This document shows, in pieces, positions 12,627-26,305 of a stretch of DNA of 64,000 bases (the first letter of the stretch is position 1; each line of letters starts with the position of its first letter). The position numbers were made by a program, and so were the translations under genes. A model generated the notes under the pieces. It was not told the origin of the DNA. It saw nothing but the letters and a program-made list of their open reading frames with translations, and made no database searches. The stretch covers positions 35,594,437 through 35,658,436 of the forward strand of contig NC_092672.1 of the NCBI RefSeq assembly GCF_964355755.1, read 5' to 3'. The stretch is from Antedon mediterranea (lineage: Eukaryota > Animalia > Echinodermata).

Positions 12627-13953
12627 ACTGCAATGTCCGGTTAAAACTTCAGGAATGTCCGGTTAAAATGCTGGAATGTCCGGCTTCGTTCAAAGTTATG
12701 TTATTGCAGCTAGGCAATTTGAGCAAGAGTGAGCGTTCGTACACGCGGTGTACCGGTATATTTATTCAGTGATAACATTAAACGACCCTAATAATAAGAC
12801 CGCCTCGGGGACCGCCTATCTATGAAAGTCTGGCGTGATCAACACTCTATTTGAAGAGAGATTGCAACATATGTGTAGGCTTCCTAAATCACAAAGCAAT
12901 CTCACCATATGGGATCAAACTATAGATTGTGTAGCCCGCTATGTTATGTGCAAATATACAAAGAGGGATAACAGGTCGCGTATTATAAAGTCCATAGATT
13001 ATGCCAATTCATTGTAAACTACTTGTTGCAGTTGTTTTTAGTTTAATAGTTGTTGGCAACGGGTTTCTTTAAAAATGAAATAACCGGGTAGATTATGTGA
13101 ACGAAGCCAATCCAATATGTTAAATTTTACTAGGACTGTCAATCATGAACATTTAACGACAACCTGGGTGCCAAAGCGTCTCATGCGAGCGCATGCCCGG
13201 GAGTTTTCGTAGATATAATATACTGAGACGCGTCCGATTGTTCACGATTTATGGAACAGCATCGTACGACGAGGCCCGACGAAGCGTCTTTAGTCGTCGG
13301 TGTTGAATGCCGAAGAGTCCTCTTGAGATAGCGTCAGGCGTAGTTTTTAGGTCGTCGTGAGAACTTTAAGCATGCTTATTTCTTTTGGTCTGGTCGTACG
13401 ACGCTGTCTGGCCGAGTTGGAATTAACGAATATTTTTTGCTTTAAATTACATGTTTTTTCATGTATATAATTTTTTTGTCGCTCTAAATCTTTGTCAATG
13501 TTGATAACTATTATGTGACATTAAAATGGCATATTCAACAACAAAAAATTATTTTTCTGGGGGACAATTACATCTTTAACCGTTACTGAAACAAGCGCTA
13601 TATCAGTAAATGCCAGTAAAAATATGGAATATGTGGTAAACAAAATTCCAGGGTCTGCATGACCGAAACATGACCTGCACTTTAAAAGACCTTTATAGGT
13701 CAGGTTTACACATTGCATCACAGGCTCTCTTAATGGCCATTAATTGATACATTTATCCTTGAGTGAAGACAGAGTACACATATAAAAGTTTAAATGAAAA
13801 GTTCTGCACAATATTTTAATAGTAAAGGGTAAGATATTAAGTACCACTGCGAAAATGCTAACATTTACAATAATGAGTTAATAATACCACATTCTAACAC
13901 ATGACCATATTAGGTAATAATCCAGGAATGTAGACCGAGTTGTACAGTATATA

Positions 13954-14364
13954 CCGTATTTATTCGAATAAGTGCCCCGCTTTGAATAAATGTGCCCCGC
14001 TTTGAATAAATGTCTCCCTCAAATAAACACCCCTACCCCACTCCCATAGAACATTATGTTGAATAAAGCTCCTTTATAAACGCCCAGAGGCCTGCATATA
14101 TACACAATATTGTATTACAAGACATTTCTATTTGTAGTAGAATTCATTGAGTGACATGATCTACAATAATTACCAATCATTTTTATACAATTTTTACTGT
14201 ATTTTATCACTTTCTCGATATTAATTGAGTTGTATTTTTTTCATATAGGGGGTATTTATTTGATTATACATATTACACTCAACAAAATAAACGCCTCCCC
14301 AAATAAATGCCCTAAACCCCTTGAACAATAAACGCCCAGGGCACTTTTATTCGAATAAATACGG
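13954..14364. mobile_element. Second copy of the mariner-type MITE (fragments also near 37940-38250, 42835-42895, 63695-63755)
   Basis: TA|CCGTATTTATTCGAATAA...TTATTCGAATAAATACGG|TA; interior similar to 1434-1833. Confidence 0.85.
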
Positions 14365-15937
14365 TATTATAATAATTACTGCCTGTTTATATCCATAATA
14401 CTTCATGGTAACACTAGCTAGATGAACCTGGGTCGAATTCTTGAAAAATTCGACGATAAATTTCAATTTTAAAACCCACAAAAATTGACTAAAACAAATT
14501 TGAATGTTGATTAGAAGATTAGCCTTCTAAATAAAGATTCAAATATGGCCACTTACGACTCACCGCATTGTGGGTATATCACATTAAATGAATGTTTGTA
14601 ATTCAACGTCATGTAACATTTAAGTACGGATACATTATGGTATTAAGGGGAATGGATTAAAACATTACATCTAGCGTTAAAACTATTACATAATGTAAAT
14701 GTAATACAGTCTGTCGCATCTATCGTTTGCTAAAAACATATTTTATAGCAATATAATTAGCTTAAAATTATACAGATTACTGTATACAAATAAAACAAGT
14801 GTTAAAATAAACTGCTTTGTGATATAAAATTATTTTTGTTAAATACTGCTGGTTTCTTATCTAAATGTTTTCTATATTTGCGTTTCTACTAAGCCTTTTC
14901 CGATTTGGAAGTGAAACAGCCTATTTTGTTTTTGCCTATTTTATAAAATTAATACAAAATAGCTTTTAAATAACATAGTTGTTCGCTGGTAAAACTAGCC
15001 TTAAAGCCCTCTAGGCTTATTTATTAAATAATTCATAAAACTAAGTTCATTCTTCCTATTTTAAACTTAATCTTTGTTTTTAATAACAATAAAATTGAAT
15101 GTAAGTGAGTTTACAACCCAAGTGTTTAGACACTGGTTTTAATTTGCTGCAATAATGACACACACAGAGTTGGTGAGTGGTTGAGGCATGGACCTATAAA
15201 TTATAGGTCTGAACTTGATATTGTAAAATAAACTTGAATTGAGGTCCATGGTTGAGGTAACTGGAATGTGAACATTTACCTGGTTTAATTTATCAATGTA
15301 TAACTGTATTTACTAATTATTACTATTGTGCCTTCAAGCTTGGTTCCCGCCTTTGACGTAAACAAACCGCAAGTAAATTTACCAATCATGATGCAATACA
15401 TCATCCTGTCATGATTGGTCAACTTACTTTTGTTTCGCCTACATCCATGTGTTACGTCGAAGGCAAAATTAAATAAGACTTCTCACAATAATCGGTCCAC
15501 AATTACTTAACCTCTAGTATTAAGTGTGCGTATTCTGTTTATAACCTTTTTTGCTTCGCAAAATACTTTTTTACACAACTTCATAGTATTGTTATTAGTA
15601 TTATTAGTTTTCTCAATTGTATACTTCCCCTCCCCAAATTAATTCCCCTCCCTAACTCCCCCTCCTCAACTCACTTTCTTTCTAAATAATTAAAGTATAC
15701 CCCAAGATTTAAAATGTTATGAAACTAGAAAAATGAACAAGAGAAATTCAGCCTTAACAGCTACATATATTATATATAAACCATTCCACTGTCCAGTAAA
15801 AATGACATTAAAATCATGTGATAACATTTAAAAAAAAAAGGACAATAGGAAAGTGAAGGGTACTAAACAACAAGTATCAATTCATACTATATATGTATTA
15901 GTAAAAAGTACAAAAATAAAGACAAGGTGTTTATACT

Positions 15938-18900
15938 TTAAGTAACTGTTGGTGACAATGGGTCTGCTGTACCGTTCTGCTGGCTTATGGCAACACGCTT
16001 CTTTTTCACATAAAAATGAATGTACAGGGGTAGCAGAAAGGGGACAAAGTTGAGTACCAACACAAATATGTTCACCTGAAAGAAAACAATCAAGAACATT
16101 TCATCTAAGCATCAGTTTTTTTTTCATAAATACAGGAAAGAAGGAGAGATAACAGAAAGAGAGAGAGGGCAAAAGCAAGAGAAAAGGCAGGATTGTGCGG
16201 AGAGAGGAAAAGCGGTATTGAAAGGGTTGGGGGAAGATGGGATGTTTGAGGAGAACTGAGTGAAAGGGAAGGTTGAAAAATTAGAGTGTGGGAGGGGCAA
16301 GCGAGTCAAAGAAGAAGAGAGTGAAAGGAAATGACTGCGGAAAGAAGAAGGTGAAAGTGGGGGGGGGGGGGGAGAGGAGAAAATATGTGAGAGGGGAAAG
16401 AAAGATGTGAGGGGGAAAAGAGAGGAGTTGGGAGGTGGGGGGGGGGGTGTTAATTTGACAGATAAAATACATAAATATGCATAACAACTTACTGCTAATG
16501 GATCACCTCCAGATACACTTTGGGTGATTCGAAACAAAGGCCTCTGAAGGAGACCAAACACAGCAGTCAAAATCATACCAGATCCATACAAAGCACCAAA
16601 GTATTGCATTGGAAATCTACAGTAAATAGATAAGTAACAAACAATTCACAATATACTGTAAGTAGTTGAATAGGTAGATTTTCTTTCTTTTTTTTATTTA
16701 ATAAGCATCCAACCGCGAGCACAAACTATATTATATATATTACAGGATGGATAAATTATAGTTTAATTTTATACTTTCTTTTGTCCATTTATATACTGTA
16801 TTTTGTTTACATTTATGTAGTTAAGAACTGAATCACTTTGGAAATCAGTACATTGTATTGAAAGTGTATTTCAGAATAAAGAAAGATTAAATAAAATAAA
16901 TAAATTTATCATGCTTATAAACTAAGTCTCATTTTTTGGCTTAGGGAGTAAAGTTACAACTCAGGCACTAGGTCAGGATTGAACCCCGCACCTTGGCATT
17001 GGAAGGCAAGCATGTTAACCACCAAGCTACAGCTCCACTACAATTAACAAAAAGATAACAATATAAGTAGTACAATGAGTAGATTCTGTCTCTTTCTCAA
17101 TTCTAGGATTTTCAAGATGCTTTAAAAAATGCCACTACCTAAGTCTTATACAAAAAGGCATGGTTTGTGATTTGAGTACTGAGTATTACTTACTAATGGA
17201 AGAAATAAATAAAAAACTTACGCAGTGGCGATGAAGGCTGCTGCAAGTCCGTACAAGAACGCACGACTCAACACTTGTAGAACAAACGTTACATACTGCA
17301 CCTCTAATATCGGGACAATGATCATGACACAAAAGAGCAAAGTGATGATGATGGTGACCACAAACGCCAAGATGCTGTCTTCAAGATCGTCAAGGAATGT
17401 ACGTTCACTGGCATCTAATAATGAAATTTGTATTTTTTTTTTCATTTATGTATTTATGCACATGTGGCCAAGGGATAACCAATAGTAAATTAATTACTGT
17501 CCTATCAGATAGGATTTTGTGAAGCAGTTCACTGGGGGGAACCCCCTACTTGTCTCGAATGATAACCCGAGTAACTGTGTACACTGGACCTACGGTTCTT
17601 ATCCAAGAAGACTTCTTCCACCACCAGAACGAGGAGCAAGTTGGCCTCGAACTCATGCCGATATGGTAGGGTAAACAGCGCCCCTGCCATAAAAGCTCGA
17701 CCATATTGGCTTATTAGCTTTACTTCTTGACAAAAACTTACCTCATGGTAGTTTTCAATTACCATAATAAAATTCATATATGTACACTACAACCCTTCCT
17801 TTCGAACATACCTATTCAGAGGGAAATTAAACAGTGAAACAAATTTACCTCTTCCAGTTGATGTTTTCTTCTTGCGGTTTCTATCCAGTATCAAGCCACA
17901 GAGGGGTGCGAATAAAATACCACAGAACTGTACCGATGCAAATGCAGACGTGTACTTGCTCACTAGATATAAACAAAAACTTCATAATTTACTTATATAC
18001 TTATCTTATTACTCATAAGAAGCTAAAATTAAAAAAACGTTCACATTTTTGTAAGACAATGATAATTAACTTCATTCATCGATTTAATTATTTACCCATA
18101 GTTTAGCTATTAAGTTTAAATTACAACTAAAAAATAGCATTACCAACAGGTAATTAACTTCTACAGTCCGAATAGATTTGCTGAAACTGACATTTGTTCC
18201 AATTTTTATGATTTAATTGATTGGAAAACGTGATAGAGGAAATGTTATTAATAACTAAATCAATTAATGATTATTATTTAAATTGATTCAATTTCCTTAA
18301 TTTTATGCTCAATTACTATTACACTAGAACTATACACATTAATGACACTACTATGAGACCGTTCCACCAATGCTAAGCCTCCCTAACCCCACCCGCTCAC
18401 TCAAAATCCCACACCTCTACCCCAAATATGGAGATCCACAAATTTAATTTGTGTTTAAATTACCTTCACTTTTGTCACAAGACATTCCATTTATCCACGG
18501 GTTGAACGTCCCCAGAAAGAACCAATGACGTAACTGGATCACCGACAGCCATAACAACAACAATAGATACATAGGCGATATAAAACACGTTCGTAGGTTC
18601 GGATACTCGCGCTCAAGGAGATCATGTAGCTGCGATTGACTTGAATTTTTATCATCTGTTTTGTCTGAAATTTGAGTTGAATATATTACATGATATAAAT
18701 TGCTGAAGGACACTTATATGAACTTATTTCATATGAACCTTACCATATGGCCATATGAACCATACCATGATGTGAGGTCATATGAACCTTACGATAGTCA
18801 TATGAACCTACCATAGGGTCATATAAAGAATATATATTATTATTTCCGAATTTTGGTTTTAGAGATAGCCGAGTCTTGTATGAACTTTGACCCTTACCGA

Positions 18901-21677
18901 CATGACTTCCGTTTACTTTCTCAGATTCACCATACACTTTCATCTCTTCCTGTTCTGGTGGATTTTCTTTTGTTTCTTCATCCACCTTGGTTGGTTTTCC
19001 CCAGTCACTGGGTAAAGGCCAGGGAATGTGTTTCACTGGCAGAAAGATCCACGTATTGAGGTTGAACCCGAGGGTGGCTACAGCCAAGATGATAAACGAC
19101 GTTTGCATTGATACACCGCCGTCATATCCAATCTGTAACAAACAAAATCAAAATGCTTCAAAATATTTTAGTGGAAAAATCATATCTATAACATTTCAAC
19201 AATCACATTATTTTGAATTCTATAAAACAATAAAAGAACAATTACTTTTAAATAACTATTAAATAAATGTTAAAAATAATTACCTTAACAAGTAACATAA
19301 CAAATGCGGACGAGTCAAATGCACCACTAAACGCAGTAACTATTGTAGAGCGCCATCGTCCAAACAGATTTCCAACCTAAACAAAAGAATGCATAAATCA
19401 AGCATTTTATTTATTTGTTATTGTATGCAGAATAAACATACGGTCCTCTCTCCTTCATCATTTGTTGATTGTACACAATTTATTATTTTCTTTTGTTTGT
19501 ATTCAGTGGCGTAACACAGAGACATGAGGCCCCTAAGTTTAGGAACCCTAAGTGGCCCTCCATCGCTGGAGGCCTTGGGCATTTTAGCCTTTTTCCACAT
19601 ATTTTAATGCCGGTTTTTTCCTCTGGGCATAAGCTCAGGGGCCCCTGGGTTAAGCCAGTGAGCGCTCATAGCATTTACGCCACTGTTTGTATTATTATCA
19701 TATGGAGAGTTTGTCTGAAATAAAAGTTGAATGAAATTAGGTTTGCAGTCTGAGTAAACCACAAGTGTATTGTAGAAACAAATGTGTGTACAGCAAACAT
19801 ATTTTACTATACTTCATTCCCACAAGCGACACAACACAAGAAAGCAAATGATTTGACCAATTACAGGCGATGAATTATTCAAACTTGTCATTGGTCAGCT
19901 CGCCATATGCTGCATCTTTAGTAGGAACCAAGATAAAATTAAGTCTTGTTGCGAGGGTTGCATAATGTTTTGATTTACAACATGTGGAAAAGTCAGGATT
20001 TCCTGTAATTGACAACAATGCTAACTCAATTAAAATAACGTTGTTGGGAGAGGATAATCCTAGAGGAATAGGTTCCCTTGCCTTGTCAACATAGTCATAC
20101 TAGAAGCAGTACTCATTTCTGACACTTTGATATTACGTTGTAAATCTCAAATTTCTCTAATGCAAATTTTAGGAAATGATGATTTATTATTTCAACAGGA
20201 TATTAAAAAGTTTCTATTTAGTTGGTGACGTCATATTTAGTGTGTAATTCTGCGAAGAAAATGACCCAATATGATAAATATTTCTTTTTGGTACGTTTTC
20301 AACCATAGGCCTTGGCCAATGTGTATACTTTTTGTAATCGTCATATTTCAGCCGTACAGTATATATGGTACTAAATAATCAGTTGGATATTAGTTTAAAG
20401 TTTTGATTCGTAAATCACAGAGTTAGTTTGTTTTTTTCCGGTTATTACATCCATTAATTGTATTCTTTACTAACTACATAATCTTTGCATTAACTCCACT
20501 TTATCATGGTATACCCAGACTTTATATCAACGTTCATTAAATCATTTACAGCGGTCATGGATGGAAAGCAAGTGTAGTCTTACCTGTATATTGGAGAGTA
20601 AAATCATGATACCACCGCTTGACAAAAACATGGTAGCAGGAAATAAGATGTTGGGCTTTTCAGGGTCACTGAGGGCTAGCAGAATGAATGCTAACGCTAA
20701 GAAAACACTGAAAATAAATGAAAAATAATAATTTGTAAAAAAATTTAAACAATCCAACAATGCTGACGAGAATTGCAGTGCCAGCGGTATCTTTTAGAAT
20801 GAACTAGCTTTTGACATTATCTAAAATGGAAACCGCGGATTAATTAAATCAAACTTTACATTATTAAAAAAACAAGTCATGAATATTTTGTATTTGAGTT
20901 CCCAGCTCATGGAAAGTCAAACTTTTCACTATATTCTTCCGATTCTCCCTAACTATATTTCTTATCATTAAGGCATGATTAACTAAATTAAACTTTATGT
21001 TTATAATATAAAACAAATAAGGAATTGTATTTGACTCTCCAGCTTATGGAAGACACTGTATTTTTTTATTCATTAGTATTTATTCATAAAACAAAAAGAT
21101 AAAAACATGCTATCAAAAATGCTGAATTTTGTTTAAAATTTACAAAATATGTATAGGCCTAAAATTGGTAAAAAATACTTTAAAAAAATAATTAATGCTA
21201 TATATAGGTAATAAAAAATAAATAAATTGAAACATCAAAATACATATAACTATTCTCATTCAACTATATTTTGTATCGTTCATTATTGTATCATAATGCT
21301 CTGTTCTCATTTAATTTATGCCACTATGCTATTTACCTGAATACAATGCGTACAAGTCTGGTTCCATATTTATCATATATCGGCCCTATTATGAATGCGG
21401 TTCCGTTAATAGTGAATGCCGCAACCATGAAAACCACTTGGAGTTTTCCATCTTGTCCCGGGCACGAAATTTCTGTTGAATTTACCACGCTTCCACACGA
21501 ATCATCTGACTCGTTTAATAGTGGGGCAACAGTAGAATCCGCATCACATTCGTCGCTGAAGAAACCACGATCTTTCAAAATGAATACGAGCGCTACCCAA
21601 CCGTACGTGAGCCCGCCGAAAAATAAACATTCGCTGAAACTGCACAAGAAAGTCAGAATCTTTTTAGACTGTTTCAT
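15938..21677 (-). CDS. SLC43A3: SLC43 family MFS transporter (SLC43A3/ENBT1-like), 9 coding exons
   Basis: Exons 21337-21677, 20584-20707, 19284-19376, 18898-19132, 18464-18664, 17849-17962, 17222-17414, 16493-16616, 15938-16075 join in frame. Family motifs ECLFFGGLTYGW, GNLFGRWRSTIVTAFSGAFDSS, YTSAFASVQFCG, FPMQYFGALYG. An in-frame stop lies upstream of ATG 21677. Confidence 0.88.
16130..16450. repeat. Polypurine (GA/G-run) low-complexity tract in the last SLC43 intron
   Basis: Strongly purine-biased on the + strand, with G runs of more than 10 nt. Confidence 0.8.
16920..17038 (-). mobile_element. tRNA-like SINE head fragment
   Basis: Minus strand TAGCTTGGTGG A box and GGTTCAATCC B box, without an acceptor stem. 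Confidence 0.5.
17462..17705 (-). mobile_element. Deu/Nin-type tRNA SINE, degraded
   Basis: Reverse complement aligns with 59510-59860. Confidence 0.75.
19504..19685. mobile_element. hAT-type MITE in an SLC43 intron
   Basis: TIR CAGTGGCGTAA / TTACGCCACTG with a perfect 8-bp TSD, TTTGTATT. Confidence 0.9.
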
Positions 21678-23717
21678 TTTCTTTTTCCGACTTCTACTTA
21701 GGTTCTGCGACTGTCAGAATTTTGTCTGAAATAAAACAGTAATAAATAAACTGTGTTTTAAAAAACAGGTGCAAGTACAAATACTGTGAACATTAAAATG
21801 CCAAGTGAGATTGAAAAGCTTTAAGACAACTCAGTTCATGCCTTGCTCTCAGATCCAGACATTATTTGGACATTATTGGTTGGTTGAAGGACGTGCAGGT
21901 ATATATGTTACAGTTTGCATTAAACTGCATGGCAATGTCGAATTAGAATAATATGCTGATGATCTATTTTAATTATTCAGACCTTACAAAGCTGGTATAA
22001 TGAAACAATATGTAGATGTGTAAAAGTGAGGGTAATTAGTAGTGTAGATGCAGCTATTGCTACTTTACATTTACTGTAACCAAAATGAAGCTTTACAAAT
22101 AAAATTCTTCTTACTAATTATCATACTGCATTTTTGTTTGATTTCCAAGAAAAAGGTTAAAAAACAGATTGGATGGATGTTTAAAATGAATAAAAACTAA
22201 TCATTTTCATATTCTAATTAGAGTAATTAGAGTAAAAATTGTATTGTACTCTGCACAATAAATAGAAAAGAAATTGTTGTAATTGATATGCAGACTAGAG
22301 AACAACTGCCACAGACTACTGTACAACACAGAATAAACTAAATCATTTAAACAAATTGATGACAAAGTAAATTGATTTGAATGAATGTGTATAATCTAAT
22401 AGAAAATTGGTTACGGTTATATATCACATTAGGGTGGGAGCTAATTTTTTTTTTAAGATACCCTCGATAATATTACAGGTTTACAGCATGTCTCAACACA
22501 AATTGACAGGGCTGACATATGGACAGTTTAGTAGTTAACCTATAATATTAACATTTCCTAAATAAATGAAAAACAGCTGTTTACTACTAAATAAATGTAA
22601 ACTGATGAAAATAATGCTTTACTGTTTCTATTGTGGCATAAAACAAATAACATTTAGGTGACTGTGAGTGTACAGTACAGTAGGTGAACCATTTATAAAA
22701 CATTTAATTTTAGTTTGGGAACCAGGACTACATTTTCTTGGTTGAGTGGAGAAAACACAGATGTCGCACACACAGTAAAACATGGATCATAAATAAAAAT
22801 GATGTTTGGAATATTTAAAATAGGATAGATATAGAAAGTACAAAATAAATGCACTCATGTCATTTTATTATTCTGATCATAAAACAGATTCATTTAAATT
22901 ACATTCTTGAGTGACGGTAACTATTTTCAATTGCACATTTTTTTTAACTTAAAGTGAAGGTAAAGTTTAAATTAGGGTTAAATCGAACTTTCAGACAACA
23001 ATGGTTGATTATTCCACATGTGTTTTGATATTTTTAAAATAAACATGCATTTTTTACTACAGGTGTCATATAGTAAATCTGTCAATTATGCAGTATCAAA
23101 TCCTAGTTGAACTTGAATGGAGTATGCATGGAAAACTATAAATTGAGATATTATAGGAGTGGAAAGTACAATATACATACAGTAATAATGTATAGCCATC
23201 TTAGGCCTATAATTTATGTGATGAAAAACATGAAGTAAGTAGGCCGGTTATACCTATGTCACTTCCCAATAATAACAAATTTAATTTTGTTTCATAAATT
23301 CTTGCTCCCCTTTCCCTGGTAAATAGTTCACACTTTTTTAGGCTAGACTGAAGAAAATGATAAATCAAATTTTTCTAGGTTGGTTTATTGGAATCAATAA
23401 TTATGCAATAATATGAGACTGGTGTACTACAAAAACAAAATGACAAATGTGAATATCATGGTTAAATGTAAAATAATTGATTGATGATTGATAAAATGTT
23501 TATATAACTAATAGAATTTACTCATACAGCATGTATTAAGGTGTCATGGTGTGTTCTTAAAATTAATTTTTACAGTATATTACATATCAATTGTATAACC
23601 CACTATATGACCCCGGAGAGAGGTGCGTCATTTGTCCAATGTGCTTCATACCTTATGAATACCAGGACACACCTCTGCATCAAAAAAGTGACTAATTACC
23701 TTTAGGATTAGGTGACA

Positions 23718-24076
23718 ATTGTCGTATTCGAGTGTACCGTTAAGTAGTTTTTCCGTTAAGTACTTCTTTAACGGAGTATTTTGAGCGTTGAGATTGTTCT
23801 TAACGAAAAAGCTTTCGTTGTCAACGTTTTCTATTCGAATGACTTTCTGTTGAGCACAAATTTACAATTCGAATACAAAAAGTATTCAACAAATCTTTAC
23901 GTTGACAACGAAAGTTCCCAATCGAATATGACAATTGTTCTTAACGAAAAAGCTTTCGTTGTCAACGTTTTTTATTCGAATGACTTTCTGTTGAGCACAA
24001 ATTTACAATTCGAATACAAAAAGTACTCAACGAATCTTTACGTTGACAACGAAAGTTCCCAATCGAATACGACAAA
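23718..24076. repeat. 141-bp two-copy tandem repeat inside a small TIR element
   Basis: attgttcttaacgaaaaagc at 23793 and 23934; TTGTCGTATTCGA / TCGAATACGACAA ends. Confidence 0.8.
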
Positions 24077-24550
24077 TGAGACACCAATTTTGAAGAACAA
24101 TGATGCATTGTGACAAATGTTCATGATATGACATACCATTATTTAGGTTTTTTGACACACACCTGCATCAATAATAACTATTTGTGAATGATGCACCTAG
24201 GTGTTAAGAACATCGAGGCATTTGCATAATGTTCTTTTTATAAAAATATTGAGTAGGCCTAAGTCTAAGAGGGCCCAATTATTTATAAGAAAGGCCAATT
24301 ACAATACATTATTCTTATTATTCATAGATAGTGTGCACGTGAAGACAGTCTAATGGACAATTTAATTGGCTAGGCCCTACTACCACCACCACCAGCATCT
24401 ACCTCTACACTCTATCTCTAAGCCCGGACGTTAGAATCTATTAATTTTATACTCATTCATTTATTTAGGAGGCCTACGACCGACGACAAAGGTAGGCCAA
24501 GGCATATATCAAACTATACAGTCGTTTATTGTAATAACAAGCCCAATTAC

Positions 24551-24690
24551 CTTTTCTAGCAATACGAATTAATAAAGAAATTATTTACATACTATCATAT
24601 AAAATATTTTCTGTGATATATCAGTAAAAACATATTTCCAATCACTTCCCAACAGTAGCAGGCATGATTCAGAGCCATATATATAAAGAG
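24551..24690 (-). promoter_or_regulatory. Candidate non-coding 5' exon and TATA-like box of the SLC43 gene (proximal)
   Basis: Minus-strand AAG|gtaatt donor at 24550; TATATATA near 24677-24685; the coding exon has an acceptor at 21726-21727, so an upstream UTR exon is expected. Confidence 0.35.
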
Positions 24691-25893
24691 TTACGACATT
24701 GGATTATAGTCACGTGATATGCAGATCAATTTGTGTCAAACTTGTCTCAGTTAATGCATGTAAAGTATAGGAGCAAGAAAATACTTTGAACTTTTTCTTA
24801 TATTTAACAAAATGTAATTGCACATTTTACGGTGAAATATCAATGTGCACATCAGCGTACAGAAGTACTTGCGGCAAAGAATGTTGCGCGCGCGTGCGCT
24901 AGTACATAATAAAGTTCGATTGATTGATTCTTGAACGAAACATCCCATTATAACTACATCCTATTATTATTAATAACAATTATGTAATATTTTCAATTCA
25001 TAATGCATGCTTTGATGACTAAATAAAATAATAAAGTGTCGTGGATATATTTGTTAATATATTGAATAGGGTATGCCCAATATTAAAGATGTATTGTCCC
25101 TTGAAACACAAAAAAATGAAGGTCAAAATATTCTAAATTTAAAGTGGCCATATCAAAGTAATATTAAAGTTATTCACTTTAAGTCGAAAATTTGAGCCAA
25201 AAACAACAAGTTTACGTAATTAACAGGTAAATTAGTTTGATTACATTTCATCTGGAAAATCGTCACGAGCGAAAGTAAACAAAGATTTCAAACCATGAGT
25301 ATGCATTATGTATATGCTAAATTAGGATTGTTTACAACTCGTCACGGTTAAGAAGGTATTTTCACACAGATCATGAGGAAGTTTTATGATTATGCATACA
25401 GAGTAGCCAAACAAGCGCGTTTCATTATGGGATATGTTTTGATTGAAAACTTTGACTGGAAGTCAAAGTTATTTTTCGAAATCTTTTATTTTTTATTTTT
25501 TTGGAATTAGTCAAAGGGACAATACATCTTTAAAATAATAAAGGCAAATTATTACAAATGAAATGATGAACGAGTCTCTGAAAGTTTGTGTCAAAAACAC
25601 ACAGAGAGCCATATGCTGTAAAAAAAGAGGGGTGAATTTGTGTGTTTTTGTATTGGTTCATGCTTTGATGTATGGCCCTAGACACAATATGTTACCAAAT
25701 TAATACCATTAATAAAATTAATTACAAAAATAAAAACGGAATATAAGCGTTATTTCATAGACAAAACAATAAAAAAAATAATGCATGAATTACAGGAAAA
25801 CGCTACACAAAATAGACGCGCGCGCCTTCAGCGTGCGAATTCTTTGACACAAAAATGGCTTCTAATTTTCAATGTCGTTACTCTTTATGGTTC
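24670..25893. mobile_element. Old TIR element hosting the Kolobok MITE (related end at 63908-63975)
   Basis: cagagccata..aagagttacgacattg at 24670 is inverted at 25868-25893 (caatgtcgttactctttatggttctg). Confidence 0.55.
25087..25529. mobile_element. Kolobok-type MITE
   Basis: TTAA|AGATGTATTGTCCC...GGGACAATACATCT|TTAA. Confidence 0.85.
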
Positions 25894-26305
25894 TGGCATG
25901 GTTACTTATGGGCGCCCTCTACAAAACAAAAATTCTTAATTGGTTTTTTTTTAAACAATAGTTGGAAACAATTGGATCTAAAAAAAAATATTTACCTAAA
26001 AAAACTGTAATTTAAAGTTTAAAAAATAGTCAAATTGGCTGTCAGCCAATGGGTTTTGGTTAATTTTTTAGTGAAAACATTTGTTTCGGGTTTTTTTTCT
26101 ATGGAAGTGAATAACATTATTAAAACTACAAAATACCCTATTCAAAGTCTGATTTAAGTAATCTTCATTTTTCATGCTTTACGGGTACAATACATCTTTA
26201 AAAACTCCTAGTATCAGTAAATCATGCGCTGATGTAAAACAAACAATACAACAATATTAATTAATGTACGTTGTGTAAAACCATAGAATAGTTAATTTGC
26301 TTTAA

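Noticed and set aside
13140-13425. CpG-rich, palindrome-containing stretch as a possible structured RNA or enhancer
   Set aside because: It looks like a decayed MITE interior; no termini or RNA family features could be defined.
16124-16492. Pro/Ser-rich extension of the 161-aa ORF
   Set aside because: It is read-through past the GT donor at 16492 into a low-complexity intron.
23781-24113. 110-aa ORF with an internal repeat
   Set aside because: It results from a 141-bp tandem duplication in a TIR element; no domain or splice support.
25087-25529. piggyBac assignment for the TTAA-flanked elements
   Set aside because: The termini are AG...CT rather than the CC...GG typical of piggyBac, which fits Kolobok better.
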